60,032 nucleotides of DNA from a virus: the UHGV virus genome UHGV-0168673; one strand, written 5' to 3'. Under the pieces are notes generated by a model that searched no databases, was not told where the DNA came from, and saw only the letters and a program-made list of their open reading frames with translations. This document shows positions 20,677 through 28,926 of this stretch, one piece after another; the stretch's first letter is position 1; the number at the start of each line of letters is the position of its first letter. A program made the position numbers and the translations under genes.

Positions 20677-20949
20677 TTATTTGTTCGTATACATCTCTAG
20701 ATATCGATATACACCCTCAAAACCCTCGTTGAATTCGTCGATGAGGGTTTTCTTATCTTCTTGAGTTAATTCAGAAACAATTTTACGGAATGAATTCTGA
20801 TTTAATTTTCTACCTTCATGCGTTACTCCAATCTCATTCAGAAATGCAATAAAATTAGCACGATTTTCAACAATATCTTCTCTGGAAAATTTAATCAAAA
20901 TAGACGCAACAGTAATAATTTCACGAACTGTATCAATGTTTTTATTCAT
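20677..20949 (-). CDS. asiA: Anti-sigma70 factor AsiA
   Basis: 90-aa ORF MNKNIDTVREIITVASILIKFSREDIVENRANFIAF.. matches T4 AsiA. Confidence 0.95.
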   Translation of the reverse strand: MNKNIDTVREIITVASILIKFSREDIVENRANFIAFLNEIGVTHEGRKLNQNSFRKIVSELTQEDKKTLIDEFNEGFEGVYRYLEMYTNK

Positions 20950-20961
20950 TAACTATACCAC

Positions 20962-21114
20962 TCAATTAGTTGACTTTGTTATAATATCATCAGACGCTTG
21001 ATTTGTAAACTGGTCTGTGTTATTTTCTTCAAAAATTTTTTCTACGAATTCTTTGAACGACTCACGTTCCTGAGCTACATTATGCTCGATTACCTTTTCA
21101 AGATTATGACTCAT
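20962..21114 (-). CDS. Small hypothetical protein (50 aa; position of T4 asiA.1), not in ORF track
   Basis: MSHNLEKVIEHNVAQERESFKEFVEKIFEENNTDQFTNQASDDIITKSTN; ATG overlaps the arn stop (ATGA); stop 12 nt before the asiA ATG. Confidence 0.5.
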   Translation of the reverse strand: MSHNLEKVIEHNVAQERESFKEFVEKIFEENNTDQFTNQASDDIITKSTN

Positions 21115-21389
21115 TCGAAATAATCTTCAATTTCATAATCATGGACATAAATCATTATAGTTTTTAATACATCATCAATACTTTTTCCTGGAGCTGGAAT
21201 TACATAAAAATATCCTGCTTTTGAGAGGTCTTTATAAGTTCCAACCAAGAAATCGTTATTCTCAAGATGTAGTTCTTCAACTAATTCATTGACAATTGAG
21301 TGGTATAAATTTGGTAGAAACTTATATAGCTTTTCTAGAATATCAATTTTGATTGTGTATTGAACCACGGACTGAGAATCAATAATCAT
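21111..21389 (-). CDS. arn: Anti-restriction nuclease Arn (McrBC inhibitor)
   Basis: 92-aa ORF MIIDSQSVVQYTIKIDILEKLYKFLPNLYHSIV.. matches T4 Arn. Confidence 0.9.
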   Translation of the reverse strand: MIIDSQSVVQYTIKIDILEKLYKFLPNLYHSIVNELVEELHLENNDFLVGTYKDLSKAGYFYVIPAPGKSIDDVLKTIMIYVHDYEIEDYFE

Positions 21390-21472
21390 AGACCTTCCCC
21401 TTATGTTTCTGTTTGCGATTAGATTCTTTAAACGCTTTCTTCTTATCCTTATGAACAGAAGCTTTATTAAAA

Positions 21473-21691
21473 TTATGCTTTGCGACTAAATTGTTCATAG
21501 TGCTGAATTACCTCTCTTAAACATTTGCATGTGAATGAAAACTTTTTAGCTACACCACATTCAAATATATGTTCTCTTAAATCACGTGTATCAGTATATC
21601 CCATCTCAACAATAAAATGCCGTATTAGATTTTTATCTTTATCATTAAGAGAATTAAAATAGTCAGATTTTGAATTAATTTCCCTGGCCAA
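21473..21691 (-). CDS. Hypothetical protein (arn.1 position)
   Basis: 72-aa track ORF. Confidence 0.5.
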   Translation of the reverse strand: MAREINSKSDYFNSLNDKDKNLIRHFIVEMGYTDTRDLREHIFECGVAKKFSFTCKCLREVIQHYEQFSRKA

Positions 21692-21971
21692 ATTGAATCA
21701 CCTTCAGTTGACGTTTTAACTCTTTTATCATTTCTTCGTTCATCGCAATATAAAGATCACGTAAAGCAGGTTTTAGCATGTCATTTATTATAGAACTAAA
21801 TGGACATACATAATCTTTTCCTACGAGCTTTTTGGTGAATTCCATATCACAGAACTTAAATCCCGGCTCATTGGTATAAATTCCCCAATTAGTTGACATC
21901 ATTTTATTAGCATATTCCAGCGCCTGGATTTGATTCATAATTCCATCAATTTGAAACTTTTTAATATTCAT
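21675..21971 (-). CDS. Hypothetical protein (arn.2 position)
   Basis: 98-aa track ORF. Confidence 0.5.
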   Translation of the reverse strand: MNIKKFQIDGIMNQIQALEYANKMMSTNWGIYTNEPGFKFCDMEFTKKLVGKDYVCPFSSIINDMLKPALRDLYIAMNEEMIKELKRQLKVIQFGQGN

Positions 21972-22432
21972 TAGTAAAGGTCCTCAGAGTAAAGTTCTTT
22001 TTCACTACCACCGCGTTCAATACGTACTTGTCCGGCGTAAGTTGCAATAATCATTGCTTCTTCACGTGTCCAATAATTACTATATTGGTCAATAAACCCT
22101 TGGTCATCATCACAAACTTGCTGAGTAACTAATTGAGGTTTAACTACATCTAAAACTTCTGCCATATCTTTAGAATAATGACGAGCACCTGGAATAATAA
22201 GAGTTCGTCCATCTTTTAATTTAAAACGGTTGGCTGCGCAAACAATTCGTCGTTGATATTTTTGATTTTCGTCCCAATATGCAGACTGCCAACAGATTTC
22301 AGGAACTTCTTTCAGAATATCTTCTTCTGTGCATTTATAACCATGCGCTTTAAATTTTTCAACAAGACTTTCTGGAGTCTCACGAGATAAAGGAACATTC
22401 AACATTTTTAAACGATTAATAAATGGGTTCAT
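21971..22432 (-). CDS. Hypothetical protein (arn.3 position)
   Basis: 153-aa track ORF; stop/start overlap with neighbours. Confidence 0.55.
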   Translation of the reverse strand: MNPFINRLKMLNVPLSRETPESLVEKFKAHGYKCTEEDILKEVPEICWQSAYWDENQKYQRRIVCAANRFKLKDGRTLIIPGARHYSKDMAEVLDVVKPQLVTQQVCDDDQGFIDQYSNYWTREEAMIIATYAGQVRIERGGSEKELYSEDLY

Positions 22433-22758
22433 TTAAACCATCCTTTAATACGTTGCCACAAAGTTTTCTGTTGAGCTTTGTTAACACCAATTGAGCGAAT
22501 AACTGGTTGAGATTCCTGGAATTCTTTATAATCGGCAAGGTAAATTTCGTAAGCTGCATCTGTAAAGGAACTTATCGCTGCCATGAAATTATTGCGAATA
22601 CCTACTGGAGCATCTTTACTTTCACGAATAATCATGTATTTACCAGTCTTAATCTTTACAATAGTTCCAAGATAAGCTCCATGGTACCAAATATCCCAAC
22701 CCTCTTGAGTAGGTTCTGCACAACGACGAAGTTCATTGACAATTTCTAACTTGTTCAT
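22429..22758 (-). CDS. Hypothetical protein (arn.4 position)
   Basis: 109-aa track ORF. Confidence 0.55.
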   Translation of the reverse strand: MNKLEIVNELRRCAEPTQEGWDIWYHGAYLGTIVKIKTGKYMIIRESKDAPVGIRNNFMAAISSFTDAAYEIYLADYKEFQESQPVIRSIGVNKAQQKTLWQRIKGWFK

Positions 22759-22768
22759 TATTTATTCC

Positions 22769-23404
22769 TCACAGTTCAGATGCTACAGTGATTACAGCTT
22801 CAATGTTTTCTGCCGAGCGTTTAATGTCAAGATACACATTACCGTTTTTAGCGATTTTACATGACATTCCGATATCAGTAAATTTCTGAATATGATGTTC
22901 CATCATTTTATATCCAAAAATTCGCATGTTTCCATTGTTGTTAATTTCAAAATTACGAATTCCGTGAGTGCGTTTTTCTAAAATAGCGAGATAGTTACTG
23001 CGATAAGTTTCAACCTTTTTAAGAACAAATCCATTTTCATCTAAAAGTTTTAACATGAGGTCTTTATCTTCTTCCATATCGGAAGTAATCTCGCGAGCTT
23101 TACGAGTTGCTCGTTTTTTCAGTAGTTCCGGAGCATTTTCTTGTGCGTATAAAGTTGCTGCATTTGAAATAATATCCTGAGCTTCACCAGTAATGATTAA
23201 TCCATCACCAGATTTCTCCACCAGGCCTTTTTTAATTAATACCCCAATATTACTATTAACTACTGCGTTACCTAAATCTGGATGCACCTCACGAACTTCT
23301 GCAGCTGTAATGAAATCTTTCTTAGCAATGGTAATTAAAATCGCAGCAGTTTTTTCATTCAGAACATCGTTAGAAGCTTTGATGATGTAAGTTACTTTAG
23401 ACAT
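22769..23404 (-). CDS. motA: Middle-transcription activator MotA
   Basis: 211-aa ORF MSKVTYIIKASNDVLNEKTAAILITIAKKDFITAAEVREV.. matches T4 MotA. Confidence 0.95.
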   Translation of the reverse strand: MSKVTYIIKASNDVLNEKTAAILITIAKKDFITAAEVREVHPDLGNAVVNSNIGVLIKKGLVEKSGDGLIITGEAQDIISNAATLYAQENAPELLKKRATRKAREITSDMEEDKDLMLKLLDENGFVLKKVETYRSNYLAILEKRTHGIRNFEINNNGNMRIFGYKMMEHHIQKFTDIGMSCKIAKNGNVYLDIKRSAENIEAVITVASEL

Positions 23405-23445
23405 TTTCTAATCTCCGTAATTCTGTATCAGTAGTTGATAGTTGT

Positions 23446-23475
23446 ATAGTACCACAGTATGCTTTGGTTGTAAAC
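23446..23475 (-). promoter_or_regulatory. Early promoter for motA (-35 GTTTAC, TG-extended -10 TACTAT)
   Basis: GTTTACAaccaaagcatactgTGGTACTAT on minus strand; A/T-rich upstream block identical to the module at 7258..7296. Confidence 0.6.
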
Positions 23476-23499
23476 CGTTTTGTGAAAAAAATTTTTGAA

Positions 23500-23527
23500 A
23501 TAAAAAAGGGAGAGCCGAGGCTCTCCC
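23500..23527 (-). terminator. Rho-independent terminator after the motA.1-like ORF
   Basis: Minus strand GGGAGAGC-CUCG-GCUCUCCC followed by UUUUUUA. Confidence 0.65.
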
Positions 23528-23533
23528 TAAAAA

Positions 23534-23683
23534 TTACTGCATGACTGTGATAACTGTCATGATAACACGTTGAATTCCGAACGCAAGAAGACCTCCTGCT
23601 ACGGCTGGAACAACACCTAAACCCGCCAGTAAAATGCTACCGGATACTAATGCAGCGCTTGTAATACCTATGAATGGACTCAT
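23534..23683 (-). CDS. Small hydrophobic protein (49 aa; motA.1 position), not in ORF track
   Basis: MSPFIGITSAALVSGSILLAGLGVVPAVAGGLLAFGIQRVIMTVITVMQ; ATG overlaps gene 52 stop (ATGA). Confidence 0.5.
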   Translation of the reverse strand: MSPFIGITSAALVSGSILLAGLGVVPAVAGGLLAFGIQRVIMTVITVMQ

Positions 23684-25008
23684 TTGATTTCCTCTAAATC
23701 TTTAGTGTATTCAGTAACTACATCAGTAGTTTTCCAATATTCGTTTTCTTCTTTTTTAGCTTTAGCTTCTTCAGCAAGTTTCTTTGCTTCGTCGGAAGTC
23801 ATATGAAAAATATTCATTCCAACTAATTTATCAACATAAGAAGAATACATATCGATTTTCGAAAGTTCTTCGGTCAGTTCTTTACGAGTTTTACCCTGTA
23901 CAACAATTTCACATGAAATTACTTTCTTAATGAAATGTGCCTTGGCAAAGGCTAAACGAAAGGCTGACTCAGTTTCTTTAATTTTGTTATCAATTCGTTT
24001 TTGGACATAAGTTTTACGAACTTCGACGAAGTCTTTGATTAAATCAACTACGTTATCGTAAACTTGTAGTTTTCCTTTCTCATTAATAACCGTAATATTC
24101 TGAGAACGACGCTCAATCAACCCGAAGTCTTTCATAATTTTTGCATGGCGTTCTTCTTCGTTATCGCTCAAAGAATATTCTTTGCGGAATTTAACTTTGA
24201 ATCCAAAACCGTGCTCACCACAAGCATCATCCCATGTAATGAAGCCTTTATCTTCAAGTGGGTCTAAGATTTTACTCACATAAGTTTCACGATCATACTT
24301 ATACGGAATCTCAGTGATATGCATTTGAGTTCGTGAAGTAAACTTGTACGTTCCACGAATTTCATATTGACCGTCAATCTCAACGACTTCACCACGAAAT
24401 TCTGGGAATTCTACCTTCGGTTTAGTTACTTTCTTTCCTTGAAGAGCTTGCAGTACAGCTTTCTTGACAGAAGAAACACTATGAGGAAGAATGTAAGTTG
24501 CATAACCAGTTGCAATACCGGAAACACCATTAAGAAGAACAGTAGGAATAATAGGCAAATAGAAAGCAGGCGGAATGTGTTCTTTATCTTGATGTACCGG
24601 AGCATATTCAGTATCTTTATATACGTTATAGAAATTTTTACTTACACGAGCAAAAATATAACGACTTGCTGCTGCTTTTTGGACGGTACGAGAACCGAAG
24701 TTTCCTTGACCATCTAACAGAGGAAAATTATTATTCCAAGTGTTAGCCATCAAAGCACCTGCATCTTGTGCAGAGTTTTCACCATGATGATATCCAAGGT
24801 CAGCTACACCACCTGCAATAGAAGCAAGTTTGTGAAACTTATCTTTATTTCCTCGTGCCAAATCAAGAGCTCGAGCAATAACAAATCGTTGGACTGGCTT
24901 AAATCCGTCAATCATATTTGGGATAGCACGATTTTCAACCGTGTACATAGCATAAGCCAATGCTTCATTATCAATAATACTTTTTAAATCGCGATTATTC
25001 AGTTGCAT
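23680..25008 (-). CDS. 52: DNA topoisomerase II medium subunit gp52
   Basis: 442-aa ORF MQLNNRDLKSIIDNEALAYAMYTVENRAIPNMIDGFKPVQR.. matches T4 gp52. Confidence 0.95.
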   Translation of the reverse strand: MQLNNRDLKSIIDNEALAYAMYTVENRAIPNMIDGFKPVQRFVIARALDLARGNKDKFHKLASIAGGVADLGYHHGENSAQDAGALMANTWNNNFPLLDGQGNFGSRTVQKAAASRYIFARVSKNFYNVYKDTEYAPVHQDKEHIPPAFYLPIIPTVLLNGVSGIATGYATYILPHSVSSVKKAVLQALQGKKVTKPKVEFPEFRGEVVEIDGQYEIRGTYKFTSRTQMHITEIPYKYDRETYVSKILDPLEDKGFITWDDACGEHGFGFKVKFRKEYSLSDNEEERHAKIMKDFGLIERRSQNITVINEKGKLQVYDNVVDLIKDFVEVRKTYVQKRIDNKIKETESAFRLAFAKAHFIKKVISCEIVVQGKTRKELTEELSKIDMYSSYVDKLVGMNIFHMTSDEAKKLAEEAKAKKEENEYWKTTDVVTEYTKDLEEIK

Positions 25009-25012
25009 AAAT

Positions 25013-25153
25013 TTACCATACTAGTGAATGTAGTGCCATAATAACATCAGAAATGAAAAGCACGACTTGAATTAATCCGAACATTATTCCGTAATATAAC
25101 GCTACCAATAAAGTAGCAAGGGCTAGTGAATAGCCCAAGATTTTCTTAATCAT
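25013..25153 (-). CDS. Small hydrophobic protein (46 aa; 52.1 position), not in ORF track
   Basis: MIKKILGYSLALATLLVALYYGIMFGLIQVVLFISDVIMALHSLVW; stop 4 nt before the gene 52 ATG; ATG overlaps the 3' end of the next small ORF. Confidence 0.45.
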   Translation of the reverse strand: MIKKILGYSLALATLLVALYYGIMFGLIQVVLFISDVIMALHSLVW

Positions 25154-25304
25154 TAGTAGATAACAACACAAATGTTAAATATGCACACATACCCTGGGCT
25201 AAAGCTTGTGAAAACACACTGCTGGCATCAATACAGATAGTTAAAACACATGCTACTATCCAACAAATAAATGAAATAACTCCTAATAATTTTGCGATAT
25301 TCAT
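25146..25304 (-). CDS. ac: Small membrane protein, probable Ac (acriflavine sensitivity) homologue, 52 aa, not in ORF track
   Basis: MNIAKLLGVISFICWIVACVLTICIDASSVFSQALAQGMCAYLTFVLLSTND; size and position between 52 and stp fit T4 ac. Confidence 0.5.
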   Translation of the reverse strand: MNIAKLLGVISFICWIVACVLTICIDASSVFSQALAQGMCAYLTFVLLSTND

Positions 25305-25311
25305 ATTTTCC

Positions 25312-25392
25312 TCACTGGCGTCCGAAGACGCCTTTAGTTTTAAGATTGTTACGATAAAACTGCATCACATGTTCGTTGTGGAAATTACTCAT
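25312..25392 (-). CDS. stp: Stp peptide (26 aa), not in ORF track
   Basis: [26 protein letters not shown] matches T4 Stp; ATG overlaps ndd stop by 1 nt; 3' end forms a UUCG hairpin. Confidence 0.8.
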
Positions 25393-25835
25393 TAATATGC
25401 CTGCAAAACGAATTTAAAGTTATCAGCCAACATACGGTTCATTTCTTCAAGTGTTTGATACTCAGAATGATGATTACGAGTAAACGCCAAAGCTAACTGA
25501 CCTTTACCAAATCCTGTCGTCAGAGGTTTCATCTTAGAAGCAGGCAGATAAAATACTGTGTATGGAACATTGTTATTTGCAATAGTACGCGCAAGTTGAG
25601 ACCGGCGTTGACGAATATGACTTAGAACTGCGCTGAATCCTTGCTTAGAACGCTGATTACCCACATAAAATCGTGCGGATACGCATGAACCATCGAATTC
25701 ATTTACTAAAAAGTAAAATCCAGGTTTAGATAAAATATCTTTATGCGGAGTTCCCAAAAACCATTCACCACCCTTGATTGTACCAATAACAGTAGCACCT
25801 GCGTTGTTCAGATCAGTAACAGTCATATATTTCAT
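25392..25835 (-). CDS. ndd: Nucleoid disruption protein Ndd
   Basis: Track ORF 25392..25883; internal ATG with GAGGAA SD gives [28 protein letters not shown].. as in T4 Ndd (147 aa here). Confidence 0.85.
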
Positions 25836-25895
25836 ATTAATTTCCTCTAAATTATTTTCTACTCCAAGGCCGCATGAATACACACGGCCATTAAA

Positions 25896-26111
25896 TTACT
25901 CGTCGCAGTCGACGCTCAATTCCCAGAATTCTTCTACGGTGTAAGTTTCAGTATCATTTTCAATACAGAAACGTTCATTACTATTATTTGCTAAAGTAGC
26001 ATTAACTGTCGGTTTCTCGCTAGTGCTCTTAAGAGGTGAAATACGAATTAACTGATCACCGTTATCTAAACAGAAAATTTCACCAACTTTTACATCTTTA
26101 AAACTTTTCAT
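25896..26111 (-). CDS. Hypothetical protein (ndd-denB variable region)
   Basis: 71-aa track ORF. Confidence 0.45.
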   Translation of the reverse strand: MKSFKDVKVGEIFCLDNGDQLIRISPLKSTSEKPTVNATLANNSNERFCIENDTETYTVEEFWELSVDCDE

Positions 26112-26226
26112 AATTCACCTCAAGGAGTATAAAATCCAAATGCAGTTGTTGACCATCCCATCCAATATGGGAAATTTGCACCAATGTAAAACATAAGAAT
26201 ATAAAACCAACCGCTCAACAAATTCA

Positions 26227-26445
26227 TCATTTTACACCATTCCAAATTGTTTCAACTACGGATTTTAAACCATTTTGATGAATATCCATTCCGACTACCG
26301 CCATCAAATAGATTCCAACTACAACTGAACCTAAGGCAAAAATCAGCATGAAAATGAATAAAGCCGGAAAAATATTATCGAAAAACCATTCAATAAATGT
26401 AAAAGCACTGCGTTTACGCTTCATATTTTCCTCACATAAATCCAA
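26227..26445 (-). CDS. Hypothetical small membrane protein
   Basis: 72-aa track ORF with two hydrophobic segments. Confidence 0.45.
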   Translation of the reverse strand: MDLCEENMKRKRSAFTFIEWFFDNIFPALFIFMLIFALGSVVVGIYLMAVVGMDIHQNGLKSVVETIWNGVK

Positions 26446-26571
26446 AGTAAGCGTTTAATACATCAATCATTAAAACGATTGGGAATATACTCAAAACTAT
26501 TAGTATTATAACTACATTCCATATAGCTTTAATAATCTTTTTCATTTTCTGTTCCTCCGTAGTTGATAGGG

Positions 26572-26601
26572 TAATAATACCACGGAAGAACAGTCTTGTA
26601 A
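26572..26601 (-). promoter_or_regulatory. Early promoter (-35 GTTTAC / -10 TGgTATTAT)
   Basis: Module followed by conserved leader and GGAGG SD; lies inside track ORF 26432..26680, whose likely true start is the ATG at 26545 (37-aa hydrophobic peptide). Confidence 0.5.
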
Positions 26602-26788
26602 ACAACTTTTTTAAAAATATTCGTAATAAATGTGAATACCAACTACTACCGCTGAAACCTGTGCAACCCACCACGCACAAGCAATAAGTACAGAATTCAA
26701 AATTTTCATAATAACCTCATTACAAAAGTAAATGTTAAACAAATTAATGGAATACTAATTAACCAAACGAAACACCACCATAGTGAAC

Positions 26789-27052
26789 TCATAACTCAAT
26801 CTCAGCGATTTTCATTTCATTACTATTAATAGCCGCTTTAAGACTATCTGAAAGAATTACACCCCAGTGGTCATTCATATGACCATTAATTAAGCGTGTA
26901 ATTTCTTCGGGAGTTGAAAAATAAGGCGTATCAGACTCCCAATGCGATAATCCTAAGCGAGTATAAATCATACCTTCATCATCGCTAGAATATTCAACTG
27001 ACACAAACTCATCAGTTATTTTATGTTTAGCGTAATAAAATTTAAATTTCAT
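26789..27052 (-). CDS. Hypothetical protein
   Basis: 87-aa track ORF with GGAGG SD and early promoter upstream. Confidence 0.5.
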   Translation of the reverse strand: MKFKFYYAKHKITDEFVSVEYSSDDEGMIYTRLGLSHWESDTPYFSTPEEITRLINGHMNDHWGVILSDSLKAAINSNEMKIAEIEL

Positions 27053-27080
27053 TTTCCGCTCCTCCGTAGTTGATAGAGTA

Positions 27081-27110
27081 ATAGTACCACGGTCCTTGTG
27101 GTATGTAAAC
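27081..27110 (-). promoter_or_regulatory. Early promoter (-35 GTTTAC / -10 TGgTACTAT)
   Basis: GTTTACAtaccacaaggaccgTGGTACTATTA on minus strand, upstream of ORF 26789..27052. Confidence 0.55.
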
Positions 27111-27128
27111 CGTTTTGTGAAAAAATTT

Positions 27129-27686
27129 TTAAATGGAAAGATACCATCCGTTGTAGTTGCTTTTTCTTACAACCTTACGAAGGTCTTCTCTGTCACCGAT
27201 GAACTTCGGAGTGTACTGGATGACACCTGGATGAATTTCTTTAGTGTTGAATATAATTATACAGTCAGCGACTTGATGATTTAGAATGGGCCCTAAATTT
27301 ATTCCAGAACCATATGGATACTCTCCGCTGCATCCCGTTGTTACCGAAATCCAACGCGAGTCAGTTTGATGTGTTTTGACTTCTACACGAAGCCCGCAAT
27401 ATTTTGGATGCGCTAAAACATCCCATGCATACGTGTACGGATCATCGACATTTTCTTGGCCTTTATTGACATATCCGCTTAGCCAATCTGCCACAAAAAA
27501 CTCTGCGTACACAGCGATACGGCATCTTTCGATAACTTCTGCTTTATCCTGGTTCGGGTTTTGTTTTAAAGAGTATCTTGCTGTATCAGCAATTTTGACC
27601 TTCATTTCACTAGTCAAGTCACTGTTCGATAGGGTAAATGTCGGAATCTGAAATAGTCTCTGTAAACCCGGATTCGTTTTCTGCAT
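27129..27686 (-). CDS. denB: Endonuclease IV DenB (cytosine-DNA specific)
   Basis: 185-aa ORF MQKTNPGLQRLFQIPTFTLSNSDLTSEMKVKIADTARY..; T4 DenB size. Confidence 0.9.
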   Translation of the reverse strand: MQKTNPGLQRLFQIPTFTLSNSDLTSEMKVKIADTARYSLKQNPNQDKAEVIERCRIAVYAEFFVADWLSGYVNKGQENVDDPYTYAWDVLAHPKYCGLRVEVKTHQTDSRWISVTTGCSGEYPYGSGINLGPILNHQVADCIIIFNTKEIHPGVIQYTPKFIGDREDLRKVVRKSNYNGWYLSI

Positions 27687-27730
27687 TTAAACTTTCCTTT
27701 ATGTCGGAATCATAATTTCTCTTAAAACAA

Positions 27731-27746
27731 AAGGGCCGAAGCCCTT
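27731..27746 (-). other. Intercistronic C(UUCG)G RNA hairpin
   Basis: Minus strand AAGGGC-UUCG-GCCCUU between ORF 27750..27944 and denB. Confidence 0.6.
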
Positions 27747-27749
27747 ATT

Positions 27750-27944
27750 TTATTTGAATTGTGCGATTCTTTTCTCTAGACACTCAGCATAAGATTTCAT
27801 TGAGATGAACTGCGAAAGTAGCAGTTCTTGCTCAACTGCGTTAACTGTTAGAAACTTTGCGCTTTCTAAAAATTTGCTCAGTGCATTAATTTTGAGCATT
27901 AATTGATCGTATTCTTCTTTTACTCGTGCTTGATAACCTAACAT
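27750..27944 (-). CDS. Hypothetical protein (denB.1 position)
   Basis: 64-aa track ORF. Confidence 0.5.
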   Translation of the reverse strand: MLGYQARVKEEYDQLMLKINALSKFLESAKFLTVNAVEQELLLSQFISMKSYAECLEKRIAQFK

Positions 27945-27962
27945 AATTTTCCTTAATATGAT

Positions 27963-27978
27963 AAGGGCCGAAGCCCTT
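27963..27978 (-). other. Intercistronic C(UUCG)G RNA hairpin overlapping the rIIB stop codon
   Basis: Minus strand AAGGGC-UUCG-GCCCUU. Confidence 0.6.
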
Positions 27979-28915
27979 ATTTAAATTGTTCAGTAACGTC
28001 TTCAACTACTTCGTATTGGCAGGTACGCATTTTAGCATCGTTGTAATCAATCGGAATTGATACTACATCACGTGGATGTACTTTAACTTTTACAACTCGG
28101 CTGGTTGAACTGCCAAAGTGACGAATATAAGATTTAGAACACACATGCAGACCACGAGAACAAGTTTGTGTATCATCGTCATTCACACGAGTACGCGGCA
28201 TTTTAACTACTTTACCAGGACTGTTATCAAAGGTGTTTGAGTGACAGTCAAAGTAGTTGTCACGAACTACTTTCCAAGCATAGAAGTAACCATCTTCTGT
28301 AATTTCAATATCGTTTGCTACCAAGAAATCAAAGAGTCGAGATACCGCTTTCTGGCTTGGGTTTTCCAGCAGATTTTCCAAGAACGGAAAATAAAATTCA
28401 AAGTTTTCACCTTTTTCCATCGAATCGAGAATACGATCAACTAAACCAGACCGTAATTCGATATTTTGATAGAACAAGCTTCCGCCTTCAATTCGAACAT
28501 CGCCGGAAATATATTTTTCAACAGCGCGACGAACATTAATTTTTTGTGCCGCTTCTTCCAACTTATCTGCTACAAGCAGATTAAGAATTTCCTGGAAGTT
28601 TGAATGAGTATTAGGAGTTGCGTTATAAGTTACACCGTCAACAGTAATTGAAATGAATTTTTTAGATGCATTCCAAATAATGTCAGATTTAGCAACTGGA
28701 GCAATAACTGCATCGCTATTAACTTTAACTGTAATATCACCGCTAATAGTAACTTTAGAGCGTTTAGCTTCTTCAGCATTTTTCAAAACACGACGAATTG
28801 TGTCAACCGATACACCTTGCCAATCAGCCAATTCCTGTTGGGTGTAATTACCGCTTGAATACAATTTAACAATTTCAGCTTGTTCGTTTTTGGTCAGGCA
28901 TTTAATATTGTACAT
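27977..28915 (-). CDS. rIIB: rIIB protein (rapid-lysis / membrane integrity)
   Basis: 312-aa ORF MYNIKCLTKNEQAEIVKLYSSGNYTQQELADWQGVSVDTIRR.. matches T4 rIIB. Confidence 0.95.
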   Translation of the reverse strand: MYNIKCLTKNEQAEIVKLYSSGNYTQQELADWQGVSVDTIRRVLKNAEEAKRSKVTISGDITVKVNSDAVIAPVAKSDIIWNASKKFISITVDGVTYNATPNTHSNFQEILNLLVADKLEEAAQKINVRRAVEKYISGDVRIEGGSLFYQNIELRSGLVDRILDSMEKGENFEFYFPFLENLLENPSQKAVSRLFDFLVANDIEITEDGYFYAWKVVRDNYFDCHSNTFDNSPGKVVKMPRTRVNDDDTQTCSRGLHVCSKSYIRHFGSSTSRVVKVKVHPRDVVSIPIDYNDAKMRTCQYEVVEDVTEQFK

Positions 28916-28926
28916 AATTTTCCTTA

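Noticed and set aside
21390-21496. 39-aa basic ORF (MNNLVAKHNFNKASVHKDKKKAF..) between arn and the next ORF
   Set aside because: Begins inside the 3' end of ORF 21473..21691 and overlaps the arn start by 11 nt, with no clear SD; too weak to call as a gene.
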